Origin: Mobula hypostoma | Lineage: Eukaryota | DNA length: 64,000 nt | Direction: 5' to 3' | Assembly: GCF_963921235.1 (NCBI RefSeq) | Contig: NC_086097.1 | Coordinates: 152,832,001 to 152,896,000 of the forward strand | Shown: one piece after another, positions 1 through 14,038 of the stretch | Numbering within the stretch: the stretch's first letter is position 1 | How the letters are laid out: the number at the start of each line of letters is the position of its first letter | Notes under the pieces: generated by a model | Seen by the model: the letters and a program-made list of their open reading frames with translations, nothing else | What the model was told of the DNA's origin: nothing | The model's database searches: none | Made by a program: the position numbers and the translations under genes

Positions 1-109
1 TGCACCATCAAGAAGTGTTAACTCTTCATCTGTGGAATATACACAAAATGAGTGTTTTCAGATTTTTGGCCCTTCAAGCTGCATTGCCAGCAAACCCTGA
101 CAACCCCAA

Positions 110-320
110 TTTAACCCTAACCTATTCACAGGACAATTTGCAATGGCCAGCTAACCTATCTGGTGCATCTTTGGACAGTGGGACGAAGCTGGAGGACCAG
201 AAGGAATCCTACAGGGAGGATATATAGAGGCACCTGACAGAGGACTCCAGGATTGAACTGTGCACTCAGTGTCCTGAGCTGTAAAAGTGTCACACTAACG
301 ACTACACAACAGTGGCACCC
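110..320 (-). mobile_element. Degraded tRNA-derived SINE (V-SINE/HE1-like)
   Basis: Reverse complement resembles the SINE body at 3565-3860 and 21485-21710. Recognised from recalled consensus only. Confidence 0.5.
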
Positions 321-449
321 CATCTATCTACCTCACACCACTTTCCTACATTCTTGTTATTGCCAGGCTAAAAGGAGATGTTCATTTTTCAGGATTATAT
401 CATCACAAGCAATATTGTCAGTTATTGCTCATTCTCAACAGCCAACCAA

Positions 450-2130
450 AGGTGGACCCTTGAACAGCTGCCCTTCTTCTAATGTGGGCACTCCCACATT
501 ATTGTTCGGTGGGAATTTCTAAAGATTAGACACAGCAATGATGAAGGATCACTAATATAGTACCAAGCCAGGATGGTATATGACTTGGATGGAAACCTGC
601 AGGAACTGGCGTTCCAAAGTATCTACTTCCTATGCCCTGCTTGGTGGTAAATGCCTCCATTTTGGGAAGTGCTGTCATGGTAGCTTGGTAAGGAATTGCA
701 ATGCCTTGTGTAGATGACTCCTGTAGATGCACAGCAACCACTAAGCACTGATAGTGGAGGGAATAGAGATTTAGGGCTGTTTTTGGGGTGGTATAAACAA
801 GTGGATTGCTTTGTCATAGATAGCAATAAGCTGTCGGAAGCCTGAGCTGATTCTGCGTATGGAAAATATTCCAGCAGACAACTGGCTATTGTCTTATTGA
901 TGATAGAAAGACTTTGGGTTTTCAAATTTGAGTCATTCACTACAGACTACCCAGACCCTGACCTACTCTTGTAAGCAAAGTATATATGTGGCTGTTCCAT
1001 TTGAGCTTCTAGTCAATGGTGACTCCCAGGATTTTGATTATTGGAAATGGTGATGACAATATCATTAAACATTAAGAATCAGTGGTTAGGCTTTATCTCG
1101 ATGATGGTCTTGCCTGGTACTTCTGTGGCATGGCTGTTACTTGCCTCTTATCAGTGTACGCCTTTTTGCATGTAGGCAGAGACTGCCTCATTTGCTGTCA
1201 ATGGAATTGATCATCATCTATGAATATCCTTCCTTCTTCCTTACCTTATGTCTTTGAGGCTGACTAGGTCAGAACATGTAACGTTGAATCAGCTTCGAGG
1301 GTCTGGCAAGTGAGACAGAAGATACTGACTGCGATTAAGTATATTAATAATTTCCTTACAAACAGTAAAAATTCAACCAAACTTTTATGTTCCCCAAGTT
1401 ACAGAAACTACAAAGCTGAACCTTCAACAAACGTACATTTAACAAATATACTTGGGTAAAAGCCTGTGCAGAAGGCATACCTTCCCAATGATCATGTGCA
1501 CCACTTCTCTTAAAGGAAGAGAGAGGAAGAACCTCCCACGTGTGCTCTCTATATACTTAGGATATTTGAAACCGGACACCAGGTAGCTAACTAGTTGGAA
1601 AACTAACCAATCACAACAGAAGTAACTTTTGACAACAGAATATCCCCCACCAGGACAGAACAATTCCTTAAGAAATTCCAGCAGTGATTTCCTGGGGTCA
1701 TTTCTCCAAAGTGTGACTCCAATTATCAGTGTTTTTCCCTTGGCTCATCAGTTTGATAAGGTTTCTTAATGCCTTGATTTCATCTCCTTTCCAGACTTCA
1801 GCTCTTGGTCCAAAGCAGTGGTGAGATCAGGAGTCATCTGATCCTAGTGAAACTCAAAATGAACATAATTGAAGAGGTTATTGATTTGTATCCACTTTTT
1901 CACAGCACTGTTCATAAGTTTCCATCACTTTGCCAGTAATTGAGTGCAGGCTGATTGAATGGTCATTTGCTGGATTATATTTCTTTGTCAATTTGTGACA
2001 GGTCATACCTGGGTAACTTTCCACAATGTCAGATAGAACTGTACTAGACACAGCTGGTTCTGGGGCAGAGACTTTTCAATGCAACAGATGATTTTATAGC
2101 CTTATTTTTTTGTATCTAGTGTTCTCAAAT
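450..2130 (-). mobile_element. Old LINE (L2/CR1-clade) fragments, discontinuous (~450-1260 and ~1700-2130)
   Basis: Minus-strand remnants resemble LINE RT/3' sequence. No intact ORF. Confidence 0.35.
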
Positions 2131-2509
2131 AGGGTAGAGGAAGACAAGATGGTGCAATCTATCCAAGGTAATATTGAAAAATCAGCAACATCCCAGCAAT
2201 TGTCCATTGCAGCATGATCAGTTTACCACTGAAATCACTTTAATGGAACTGAGTTTTGATGACCCTTTCCCAGAGAGATACAGCTGTGCTCCGTCTGCTC
2301 CCACACAGTTGAAATTGTACCTCATATTTAATGTGGAGTCCAAGCGACTGCTTATGACACTGTCAGAAAATTCTAGACCATGGTTAGTCTTTTGATTTAA
2401 AAAAAATAGGAGTTGCATTGCAGAATTATTTTTATATTCCCTCATTCCATTATCTAATCTGTTGCCTAATAGCATGTATCTCAGGAAATTAAGCAGATAT
2501 AAGACCACA

Positions 2510-3300
2510 TTCCCAGTAGATGCTTAAAATCTTGAGCAACACATACGAAATGTTGGAGGAACTCAGCAAGTCAGGCAGCATCTATGGAAGGGAATAAACA
2601 GTCCACAATTTGGGTCAAGACCTTCATTAGGGCTGGAAAGAAAGGGGACGATGGCTGAATAAGGAGTTAAAAGGGAAGGCATGCAAGCCGTTAAGTGAGG
2701 GGGAATGGTTGGAGACTATCCAGGTTAAATATGAGTTGATTCCCTTCCAGCCGGTTTTTAGCCTCAGCATTGTATGGGAGACCACATCTAGGAGCACCAG
2801 ATACAATATATGGCCCCGAAAAATTTGTATGTGAAGTGCCATGGCACTTGTCTGGAAAGAATATTTGGGGCCCTGAATTATGGTGAGGGAATAGGTATAG
2901 GGGCAGTTACAGCACTTGTCCTGCTTGCCCGGTAAGTTCCAAGGGGGAGATCAGTGGGGAGGAGTGAGTAAATAAGGGAGGAATCCCTACAGACAACAGA
3001 AGGCTTGATGTGGGAGGGAAAGAGGTGGTAGCACTCCTCCCCTTTGAAGATGGCAGAATTTTAAGTCTTTTGTGAGGGTGGGGGAGAGGTAATGGGAGGT
3101 ATAAAGACTGAACATCCTTAGTGAAAAAAGGTGATCCAGGATAGGAAACAAGGTTATTGAAGTGCTGGAGAACATCAGGTGTCATGGACATACAGCAAGT
3201 AGGAAAGAATTGAACCAAGGGGGACAAAATTGAGTCATGGTATGCGGACAGGGGTTCAGTGGAGCAGGATCAAGCAGAAACAATAGGCCTATGCCTTGTA
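2510..3300 (-). mobile_element. Degraded Penelope-like element (pLTR end plus GIY-YIG/RT remnants)
   Basis: TGTTGGAGGAACTCAGCAAGTCAGGCAGCATCTATGG end motif. 2740-2990 is collinear with the better preserved copy at 44500-44960 (e.g. GGGGCCCTGAAT..TGGTGAGGGA, CAGCACTTGT). Confidence 0.7.
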
Positions 3301-3564
3301 TTGTTAACTTAGCTTGTTTGTTTTGCCTTTGACTTGTGAAGATTGAGTCATCACAAAGGTAATTTTTATTCATCTTTTACTACCTAGGGACTGTACTGAG
3401 CATGAGATATTTCAGTGATTACTTCAGGGGGCTAAGCTAGCTGGTGTGGAGTGAGAGTGGTTTTCAAATGCATATTTAAATTCTATTAATGTTAACTGTT
3501 CAAAGGTGTCTAACTGTGTGTCTAAACACTAATATAAACAATACAAATAATAATAACGGTATTG

Positions 3565-3860
3565 CCATCATGTTAGCAGAGCTGTTAGCACACACCAGAT
3601 GGGGTTCAATTCTTGCAGTTGGCTCTAAGAAACTTGGACATTCTCTCCATGAGTAAGTGGATTTCCTCCGGGTGCTCCGATTTCCTCCCACATTCCAAAG
3701 ACACACAGGTTAGATTTACTGAGTTGTGGATATGCTATTTTAGCACCTGAAACCTGGTAACACGTGGGCTACCCCAGCACAATCCTCAGACTGATCATTC
3801 ATGGATTTCATTGTATGATTCAATATTTTGATGTACATGTGACAAAAAAAAAAATCTTTA
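3565..3860 (+). mobile_element. V-SINE/HE1-like SINE
   Basis: B-box-like GGGGTTCAATTC and core TTTCCTCCGGGTGCTCCGATTTCCTCCCACATTCCAAAGAC. 3' end GATGTACATGTGACAAAAAA. Confidence 0.75.
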
Positions 3861-3954
3861 TGTTTAATCTCTCACAAATTGGGAGGATTAGAGATTTTCC
3901 ATGAGTTTTTTTTTCTCAGCCAGATAGACTTAAGGTGGATTACATTCACAGACA

Positions 3955-4155
3955 CAACATGGATAGAATGCTACAAAAGTCAAGACTTCTGGAGGAACTC
4001 AACAGGTTGAGCTGGACTTGTAGGGGAAAATTTGTCAATACATTGTGTGAAAACCCTGCATCAGGACTGATACCGCAGAGACTCCAGCATCTATAGACAC
4101 TTGTCTCCATTGATAGATCATTGGTCAGCTGAATGCTTTGAATCTCCAGCATCAT
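3955..4155. mobile_element. Degraded short Penelope-pLTR-derived element
   Basis: CTGGAGGAACTCAACAGG ... CATCAGGACTGA ... CTCCAGCAT, the same family motifs as 8874-9012 and 58919-59135. Confidence 0.5.
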
Positions 4156-6419
4156 ATTGGCAGGACATTTGCTAACTAGTCCATCCAAGAGAAGTGCACG
4201 TCTATGATTTTGAACATTTAATATCATAAATGCATTGGTATGTGCTCATTTTAATCTTAAAAGCATTGTTCTGAGAAAAGTCACCACAAATAATGGATCA
4301 TTGTAACTGAAATCCCGGGCAAATTTTAATAATGATGATCTTGTGTAATATAATGAAGTATTTTGTTTTATTTATAATATTACCTATCAGATTACTTTTC
4401 TAATGTGATTTTAACTATGTGCAGCTGATATTTCTGTCTCTAAATTATAAACATTAGCCTCATTATAATTTGCTAAACTATCAGATGTAGATTACAGAAC
4501 AATTAGTCTTTTCAAATACTGGAACGTACTCAACCAGTAGTGTCCGGTACTTACCTAGTTACATTTATCTGTTAAATCATTGTTTTCGCTAAGGGCACTT
4601 GCAATATACCAGGTTGTCTGATCCACTGATCAGCTGTTACATTCTAGGGAATTCCGAATTCCCAGTCTTTGGCCTTAATGATAGCCTCTGCAACCAAAGA
4701 CAGTCCTGGCAGTACTGACATGAGTCGGAGCACAACAGCTGTCAAATGATGGGAGGCCTCCAACCGAGTGAGATCCCAGAAGGAACAGGGTCCAATTTAT
4801 GCCCAGATTATGGTTTCAGCCAAGACTATAGCCTTCACTAGGTACATGTTTAGGACACGGAGGATAAGAGCATCTCGGTATATATATTGGGGATTCAAGC
4901 AGAGCAGCCAAGTGTTAACTTAGAGCTATGCAGAGGTCACATTTTTCTTTCTTTCTGGCAGTTATTCAGGATCAACAATGGCTTGTATTCGCTGCAGTTC
5001 CTGGAACTCTGTAGTGGCTGGTGACTCACTGCCGACATGCAGAGTCAGCCACAGGTGGGGTAGGTAATCTATGATAGATGGAAGATTGGATTATTTATGA
5101 TGATATTCTTTCTGTCATTTCACTCGGCCTCCGCACCAAAGAGACTTGAGGCATGCAGATGTCTTCAATACATCCCTCCATTTTAATTGGTCGTGGGTTA
5201 GCAATGCTAGAGAGGATGTTTGCATTTATCAAGGAGACTTTCCAGGGCATTTTTGCCTTTACCTTATCATGCCAATGCAGAACAGCTTTTTTCTAAATTA
5301 ATCTTGCTGTAAAAGCACATAAATCAGTAGGTCATCAGTGATAATCCCAGTTTTTCCCATTTACTGGCACTTTGAGCTGGCTCCACCCTCAGTGTGAAGC
5401 TGAGCCACTGGTAATCTGGCACTGAACCTATGCACTAGAAAAGAATCAGATAAGCTGAACCTCTCGGCTTTAAGATCTAATATGCTTGCAGAACAAGTAA
5501 GGTGATTGAAGGGTGAATGTTGTCCAGGATATAAACTCTCATTGAACACCTATAGATTGAGGAACAGATAGATCCCATCTAATGCCTAAATTAAACTGAC
5601 TATCAGCATCAAACAACATGGCCAAGGAAAATGAGTGTGAACGGCCCAGGACAAGTTTGTGAGTTGGAACGGATAACAGAAGTCTGCAGATGGGTGGACT
5701 GTCTGTCATTTTACCTTGGGGTCAAACTCAATCTACTTCTGTCACTGGATGTAGCTTGACTGGTGGGAATCCTGCTCCTGAGAGAGAACTTTAAGGGCCA
5801 AACCTTGTCTGCATCAACAGAGATGGAATGTGCAAAGTACCAGTCAAGATTTTAACTCAAGGTCATGAACAAGCAGTGCCTTCACCAGATAGCTGTTTGG
5901 TACTGACTCCAGGGGGAAAATAGTGCTTCAGAACACACATACCCATAGGAGAGTCAGAAGCTTCTTATTGTCACTGCCATTATGCATCGTCTAAAGATCG
6001 TATTGTGACCTCCAGCTACCATACTGCTGGCAGGGTAAGATTGTCAATATGGTCTTGGAGTAGAAATAAAACAGAAAACACTGAAGCACAATGCTTTTCT
6101 CATGGTTGGCAATAATGGTTGCTTCAGAGTTGGACATACACATAACTGATACATTTTACACCAAATTCAAAAGAAGGAAATATACTTTATTCCCAAGTAT
6201 TTCAACCTAGAAATCTAGCAAACCTACACATTTGTTTACCTCCTTAAACAAATCTGTGTGAAAGGTAATTTTTGTTCAATGTTCAATTTTGGTTTATGGC
6301 TAAAATCCCACAGGAAAGAGCTGTAAGGGGAGGAGGCATTCATTTATTTCAGTATCATTCAATTCATCTAGTTTATTCCCATTTATGCCATGGTTGTTTA
6401 TATTCTATTAAAATATTAA

Positions 6420-7150
6420 ATTGAATTCAAGTTTAATTGTCATTCAACCACACATGAATACTCATGAATACAGCCAAATGAAACAGTGGTCCTCCAGGGT
6501 CAAAGTATGAAAAACAGTACCAACAGTCACACACAGCACAAAGCACACAAGATAGCAATCACAAATGGTATCACAATCACGTAACGCAACTGTCCCAAAA
6601 CTCAAGCCATGAATCAACAGTCAGCCACAATAGAATCTGTCTTGCATTGAGTGAACACTGGGGGGCAGCACCGACTCCAGCCTGAATACCACCCCTGGTG
6701 GAGTGCACTGGCCCCAACGCCCCTTTCCCCAAGTGATACCAGGGCTTGAGGTGCAGTCCTCACACATGCAAGACAACAAGTACATATAGAATATCAGTAA
6801 AATGCAATGATGCAGAATATGCAAGTATATAGTCCAACCCAGCACCCCCCCCATCAATCAGCCCATCTAAATTATGAGTCTCCACAATAGATTCATTTTC
6901 TTGCCAAGCGAACAAGGGGGTGCTCTCATCCAATAATTCAGTGAATCAAACAGCATACCAGATTAACAATGCGAAAGGGGTCTTGGAATTGCAAGAAAAG
7001 CGACCATGATGACTACTCGCTATTAGACTGTAAGCCTCCATCAATTCAGTCAGCAGCACGTTAGACAGCTCCTTCATTTTCTCTGCTAGCGAGCATCTGA
7101 CTGATGATGTAGACCTGCAGTACTTTAAGTTCTTAATGTATTACACTTTC
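6420..7150 (-). mobile_element. Non-autonomous retroelement with Rex/Babar-like 3' tail
   Basis: Starts TTCAAGTTTAATTGTCATTCAACC...AATGAAACAG, resembling the reversed tail at 29636-29690. Non-coding body. Confidence 0.45.
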
Positions 7151-7554
7151 TTAATGAGAAAAGCCAGGGGAGAATGGCTAGACTGGTTCAAATTGACAGG
7201 AATCTAACAGTAACTCAAATCACCATGCATCAGAACAGCAATGTGCAGAAGAGCATCTCTGAACGCACAACATGTCGAACCTTGAAGTAGATGAGTTACA
7301 GCAGGGAAGGATGTCACTGAGTTCAACTCTTGCAATTAGTAAAGTGAAAACTAATTGTACATTAATAATTTGGAAGAGGGAACTGACTATAGCATGTCTA
7401 TGTTTGCTCATGTTACCAAATTGAGTGGAAAATGAAATTGTGCAGTGGAGAGTGCAGAAAAATACAGATTCGTTAAGTGAATGGACAAGGGTCTGGCAGA
7501 TGGCGGACAATATTGGAACATGAGAGGTCATCCAGTTTTGAAAGGAAAGTAGGC

Positions 7555-8330
7555 CAGCGGTCTCCCACCACCGGGCCTCAAAGCATGTGCTACCAGGCCA
7601 TGAGGAAATGATATGAGTCAGCTGCACCTTCCCTCATTCCCTGTCACACACTGTTGAACTTGAACATAGGGTTGCCAACTGTCCCGTATTTGCTGGGACA
7701 TCCCGTACATTGGGCTAAATTGGTTTGTCCCATAGTGGACCGCCCTTGTCCCGTATTTCCCCCGCTAAGGTAGAGCATTCCTATGAAACCTTTCATGCCG
7801 AAATGGCGTAAAACGAAGAAGCAATTACCATTAATTTATATGGGAAAAATTTTTGAGTGTTCCCAGACCCAAAAAATAACCTACCAAATCATACCAAATA
7901 ACACATAAAACCTAAAATAACACTAACATATAGTAAAAGCAGGAATGATATGATAAATACACAGCCTATATAAAGTAGAAATAATGTATTTACAGTGTAG
8001 TCAGGAAGATTAAGCTAAAACCGATTTGTGGGAAAAAAATTCGGCACATACGCTTATGCGCACATCATGCATGTGCACACAGGTGCCCACGCAAGGCTTC
8101 ATGGTCACGGTAGTCTTTCTTGGGGTAAACCCAGTGTCCCCCGTATTTGACTGCTACTTTTGTCCCTTATTTGGGAGTGAGAAAGTTGGCAACCCTAACT
8201 GTAAAAGACATGTTGAGGTGAGTTTAACCCTACTTGAACACCAACCCCCCCCCCCCACCGGTTCGGCCTTTCCACAACAATATTGTCAATATTAGACCGG
8301 TCCGCAGTGCAAAAAAGGTTGGGACCCCTG
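7555..8330. mobile_element. Non-autonomous hAT (Charlie-like) MITE inserted in an old CR1
   Basis: TIRs CAGCGGTCTCCCACC / GGTTGGGACCCCTG. 8-bp TSD AAGTAGGC (7547-7554) / AAGTAGGT (8331-8338). Confidence 0.8.
7667..8232. mobile_element. Nested hAT MITE with TAGGGTTGCCAAC TIRs
   Basis: Perfect 13-bp TIRs at 7667-7679 and 8185-8197, subterminal TGTCCC(G) repeats. 8-bp TSD CTTGAACA at 7659-7666 and 8233-8240. Confidence 0.8.
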
Positions 8331-8338
8331 AAGTAGGT

Positions 8339-9230
8339 GATCATGTTATTTTTTAAATGGTGAAAGATTAAAACTTGCTGTTGTGCATTGGACTTGAGAG
8401 CACTTGTGCACGCATCACATAAAGTTGATTTGTGGGTGCAACAGCTCTCAAGAAGACAACTTGAATATTGACCATTATTGTAAGAGGAATTACATATGCT
8501 TCAGTTGTACTGGCATTGGTGAGGCTGTCCCTGGAGAACTGCATGCACCTCTGTTCTCCTTTCTGGATGAAAGATATACTGGTTTTGGAAGTGATGCAGA
8601 AGAGGTTCACCAGGTTGATTGTGGAGATGAGAGAGTTAGCCTTTGAGGAAAGATTGAGTCACCTGCGACTATGTTCACTGCAATTCTGAACAATGAGAAG
8701 GGATCTTATGTAAGTATATAAAATAATTAAACAGATAGATAAAATAGAGGCAGAATAGTTGGTAATTGATAAGTGAGATGAGAACTAGGTGACATAGCCT
8801 CAAGATTCAGGGGAATACATTTAGGATAGAGATGAGGAGAAACTGCTATTCCCTGAGAGTACTGAATCTGTGACACTCACAACACGCTGGAGGAGCTCAG
8901 CAGGTCGGGCAGCATCCGTGGAAAAGATCGGTTGACATTTCAGGCCGGAACCCTTCCTCCAGCGTGTTGTGAGTGTCGCTTTGGCCCCAGCATCTGCAGA
9001 TTATTTTGTGCTTACTGAATCTGTGAAATTCTCTGCCCAGGGAAGCAATAGAGGCTACCTCATTAAATATATTTAGAACAGTTAGATAGATTTTTGCTTG
9101 GCAGGAGAATTAAGGGTCATGGGGAAAGGGCAGGTAGGGAGAGCTGAATCCATGTCCAGATCAGCTAGGACCTTATTGAATGGCGGAGCAGACGCAACAG
9201 GCTAGATAGTCTACTCTTGCTCCTATTTCT
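8339..9230 (+). mobile_element. CR1 LINE 3' fragment (continues from ~7150-7546)
   Basis: ORF 8468-8689 reads ALVRLSLENCMHLCSPFWMKDILVLEVMQKRFTRLI, the CR1 ORF2 C-terminus. 3' UTR ends CTACTCTTGCTCCTATTTCTTA. Confidence 0.8.
8874..9012. mobile_element. Short Penelope-pLTR-derived hairpin element
   Basis: Inverted repeat GACACTCACAACACGCTGGAGGA / TCCTCCAGCGTGTTGTGAGTGTC. 14-bp TSD TACTGAATCTGTGA (8860-8873, 9013-9026). Confidence 0.75.
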
Positions 9231-12200
9231 TAAGTGGGCACAGTGGGCTACAGAGTCTGTTTCCAATGAGAATGAAAATATCAGGGCATGATCTTGAACC
9301 CCTAGCTTCTCCATGCATGAAGTACTGTTCAAACTCTGGTTAATGATTTTGCTGGAAGATTGTCATGACATTTGACACAGATGTGGCAGATAGCCACGTA
9401 ATAGTGAAGACTGAGAGCAAATTTCACTGAAGGACACAAGATCCTCATTAATATCATCAAAACAAACCTTGGGAAATGGCGCACTAAAGGTGCAAGGGAA
9501 AAAATATAATCATACAACACAACAGGAGGCCATCTGGCCTATTGTACCCACCTGGGCTTATGAAAGGAGCTATTGAATTATTATCACGTTCACTTTCTTC
9601 ATGGCCGTGCAAAATTTTCTCTACAGTCTGTATCCAATTTCCTTTTGTAGGTTGCTATATAACCTGCTTTCATCACTCTTTCACTAAGTACACTGCAGAT
9701 CCAAATAGTTTACTGTAACATGAGGGCGCATGACCAAAGCTCAAAAGAATGGTGAGCGGGTCAGAAATAACTGCTTCACACAAAAGATGATAAATGTTTG
9801 GAACAGACTGGCTAAGGAAGGCAATTGATGCTGATAACAGCAGTCATTTTAAGAAGCTGGACAGGTGTTTGATGAGAAAATCAATTGAACAATATAGCAG
9901 GTGAACTGTGTTTTCTGCTTCTGAACCATAATCTCAGCCAGTTGGATCAAAACATCTTTATTTTTCAGGAAATTACTTTTTTTCATGTAAAGTTCCAAAG
10001 TTCAGAAGTACGGGGAAGTGGAGGGTGAAGATACTAAGAAATTCTTTCCATTAATCTTCAATACAAAAGTTATCTTGCAACAGATCAAGAAATCTATCAT
10101 TTTATCCTGCAGTTCATCAGATTGAAGCATTCATCTGGGACACTGTTCAAAACTTAGACCGTCCTGATGGAATCTGAATGCCACCTGAGATAAATATAGA
10201 AGGATTATGTTCTTTTTCATCTCCGTTGAAAAATAGATAAGGACATTATTGCCTATTGAGCATCAAGTCTTACTGAGCACCAACACGGTCAAAAAGGAAT
10301 ATTTGCCCATTCTTGTTTTGAAAGTCCACATGCATCATTTAAAGAACTAAGATTACTCAGGAGTACAGTATCAACGGTAAAAGTAACTAATTCAGTACTA
10401 TCCATCAGAGAAAATATTCCTAACCCTTTTCCCCAATTTCTAATCCTCAAACACTCAACAATTGCAATGAGTGCCAACTAATACTGTTGAACATCGAAGC
10501 CTTTGTGGAAACTGGATATGAAGGTGAAAACGACTGCATTGCAGAACAAATGAACCACCATTTCTAAAAGGCAGATTAAAGTTGCAGTAACACATATAGT
10601 TAGGTTGGCTCTTCACCAAAAATGATACAAGAGGGATAACAATGTTCCCAGGGTTATAGAGAGGCACAACCAGTTAGCTGCTGCCTCACAGCGCTATGGA
10701 TCTGGAATCAGAGTGGGTGTGTGTTGGGGTGGAAGGGGAAGAAAGTGATACAAATATGGGGAGAAAAAGAATGGGTTTAGTGTAAATAATGGTTTAATAC
10801 AGATTCAGTAAACTGAATGGACTGTTTCCCTGCTTGATGACTCTCTAATTCTCACATAGGCCATCCTTTGTGCCAAAAGGGTAAACTGTCTCTTCATTCA
10901 GAGCAGTGAACAAAATTTTTCTACATCTGCTTCCCTAGGAACTTGGCTTCTCACAGTGTCTATGTTTCTGAAGCAGTTCAGAAATAACATGGAGCAAAGA
11001 ATAATTCGTAAGAATCACAAGATGAAAAAGAACGCTAATCAACAATTCAACAGCTCAAATATTAATTAGTTTTCAACTGTTCAACTGCTCACAACTGTTG
11101 ACTTTCAATAAAGTTAATTAGATAACTAATTAAGGAAAGATGAGAGCAAAGAATTTTCTTTTGATTCTTTGAATAAACATAAATATCAGACATTGTAATT
11201 TATGATAAAACAAAGAAACAACACTCACAAGATCTCAAAGGACTGTGGAGCATCTGATGAGCTTGGAAGAATAGTTAAGGAGTTATGAAGCATTACATTA
11301 TGAATGATGATTAGGTTGCACGCTGACAGTTTCCAATAGGGCATCTTTTTGTTTTTGTGGAAGTTGATTGACTTCAGAAAGAACCTTTTTTGAGCTGAAG
11401 AATTATTACAATGTAAGTCCAAATTCTTCTGAAAATTTAGCAAAGTTTGTGCCAGTTTATTTCTTTATCATCTTCCGACCCTTTTAAGTCTGGCTTCCCT
11501 ACATAACACCACCAAAATTTTTCCCTATCCAATATTGTTTTTTTCAGGCCTGGTTCATTTATTTGCCTGGGTACATGTATGGCAGTTGCTATTCGGAACT
11601 TAAGTCACTTGGCTAACTTGACATACTTTTCACCTTCTGTAATCCGAAGAGCAAAGTGATTACCTGTCTCTTGTGTAGTAAAACTAATATGTGATCTTGC
11701 CCTTAATGGAGCTGGCAACTGGATTTTTTTCCCACTGGCCTTAAAACTTGTACACTATAACTGGTGTGTTAATGCATGTAGATATCTTCTCTTCCATTTG
11801 TGTCGGTGTCTAAACAGGTGGCTGTTTTCCTTATATATTACGAGGCTGTGTTGTGAATGCATGTGAATAGAACAAGCAATTTTGTGCTCCCTTCAGAATA
11901 GTAAAGCACTCTGAGGCACTTGACCGAAAAAAATTGATAATGTCTCACCACAGGGAGAAATTAGCGCAACTGATGGAAAGCTTGTGCAAAGCAGCTCATA
12001 GTAGAAGAGATAGTATTATTGGCACATTTAGAAGACTTGTTGGCTAATAAGAAACAGATGATAGGTATGTATGGGTGTTAGTTTTTTTCTGGTGGCCATG
12101 GCATAAGGAGTGCTGTGCAACAAGGATCAGTGTGGGTATCTTAATTCGCATTGAGTTCATGGTAGATCTTTATAAAATGATCCGTTCAGCCTCAAGTAGA

Positions 12201-13204
12201 TGCTATATCATCACCGCTCTACACTTATTCCACTCAAGAGACTTTGCAGTCTTTTCTTGAAACCATGTCTTCTCCAAGTTCATCACCCTCCTTGACAAAA
12301 GTTCTCCCCTCACTATTTAAAAAATATCTAAGCATCTGTCCTGTATCATTTGTCCTTATATCTTCCTCACATACACTTTTGTATCTAAAATCCATTTCTT
12401 CTAAAGTACTTCTTGTTATATCAATTGGACTAGGTTTTCTTTGTCTTCTTTATCTCATCTGTGAATACCTTGCAAACTTCCATCTATCTGGCATCTTTAA
12501 ACTCCTGGATGTTAACATATTGGGTGAATTGGCCAGCACATGAATGCACTCTCAAGGAAGGTGCACTGAAGCCTTTATTTTCTATCGAGATTAAGGAGCT
12601 TCAGCCTGTCATTGAACAATCTAACAATCCACCTCTTCATTCTTCTGTTTATTTGTCTGAATGGTATTATTTGAGGGTTCGCCGCATGAAGAGGAAACGT
12701 TAACACATTGTTTTTTCCTATTTACTACATGCTGCACAATGAATCAAAGTTGGACAGTAATGAAATTTCATGGAGAGTGTGATGGGGTGCTTAGTGTTGA
12801 GTTTAAGTAGATAAAGATTCTTCACCACATTCTCAACTGCACACGGATATAACTAGAGTCTATTTTTATGTTGTCATTTGTTATCTTCTCTCGCAAAACT
12901 GACTTTTCTTTTATAAATGATAGAAGAAAAGCCAAGTCCCTTAATGCAATATATAGAGACTTTGCAGTGCTTGCTTAAAGTCTGTGGCTGGTCAGCAGGC
13001 ATCTCTAAGGAGATTACTGGTGGAAACAAAAATGGGCAATGGTTGTGTTATTCAATGCCAATGAAGGTGGTGGATTTCAATTTGACAAAGATGTTTGGAT
13101 GGAATGTGGTCCTTATCTTATCCTCAGTGATACAAGGTGTGCCTGGATCATAACACATTCTGCAGAAGCCTCTTTATGTTGCTGTCTACTGCCTTTCTCT
13201 TTAT

Positions 13205-14010
13205 CCCTGATTTGAAAGGCAAAGTCGAGCTTATTGCAGTATGCAAATGTACATGTATGGACAAGTGTAATGAGAAGCATCACAGGTACATAGCATCAAA
13301 CAAGCAGTGTTCACCAGAAAAACATAAACTAAACATAAATTATACACAATTTTTATAAGAAAACACAATTAAAAAGACCAAAATAAAATCGAAGTCCATT
13401 TTGTGCAAAGTGATCAAAGTGATCATAGTGCTGCTAAACTGTAGTGAATAGGGTTATGCCAGTTGATTCAAGAATAAGATGTTTGAAAAGAAATAGCTGC
13501 ACTTCAACTTGGTCATGTGGGACTTTGGGCTTCTGTATTTCCTGTTGGGTGGATGGTACTGAGATGGGACCCCTGGGTGAGTGGCTTTATGACACCACTC
13601 AACCAGGTGTCTTGTCTTGTTCCTGTCCACTACCCCATCACCATCACTGGAGTCATGTTTAACCTCATTGCCATGTATGTATAGCGTGTAGAGCAGAGGA
13701 TTAAAAACACAGCCTTGCGATGCACCTGTGTTGATAATCACTGACTAAGGTTTGCTGATGAGGAAATTGAATATCCAGTTACAGAGACAGGTATAGAGGC
13801 CCAGAAACTTAATGATGAGTTGAATAGGATGATTGAATTGGATGCTGATCTACACGTCGATGAACTGCAGCTTGATGCATAAGTCCTTAGTGCCTAACTG
13901 GTCCAGAGCAGAGCAAAGAGCCAGAGAAATTGCATCTACTGTTGAGCTGTTGCGGCAGTGGGCAAAATGAAGCATATCCAGGTCATCTCTGAGACAGGAG
14001 TTGATTCAGC
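13205..14010 (-). mobile_element. Degraded Rex/Babar-type LINE fragments
   Basis: ORF 13454-13741 has NTGASQGCVFNPLLYTLY (RT motif GxPQG), matching the family at 50682-51458. Confidence 0.7.
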
Positions 14011-14038
14011 CCTCCACCTCCAGGTTTCGCCTAGCCGT

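Noticed and set aside
10020..10670. Short ORFs and AG acceptors as host exons
   Set aside because: The frames tested close quickly and show no recognisable motif.
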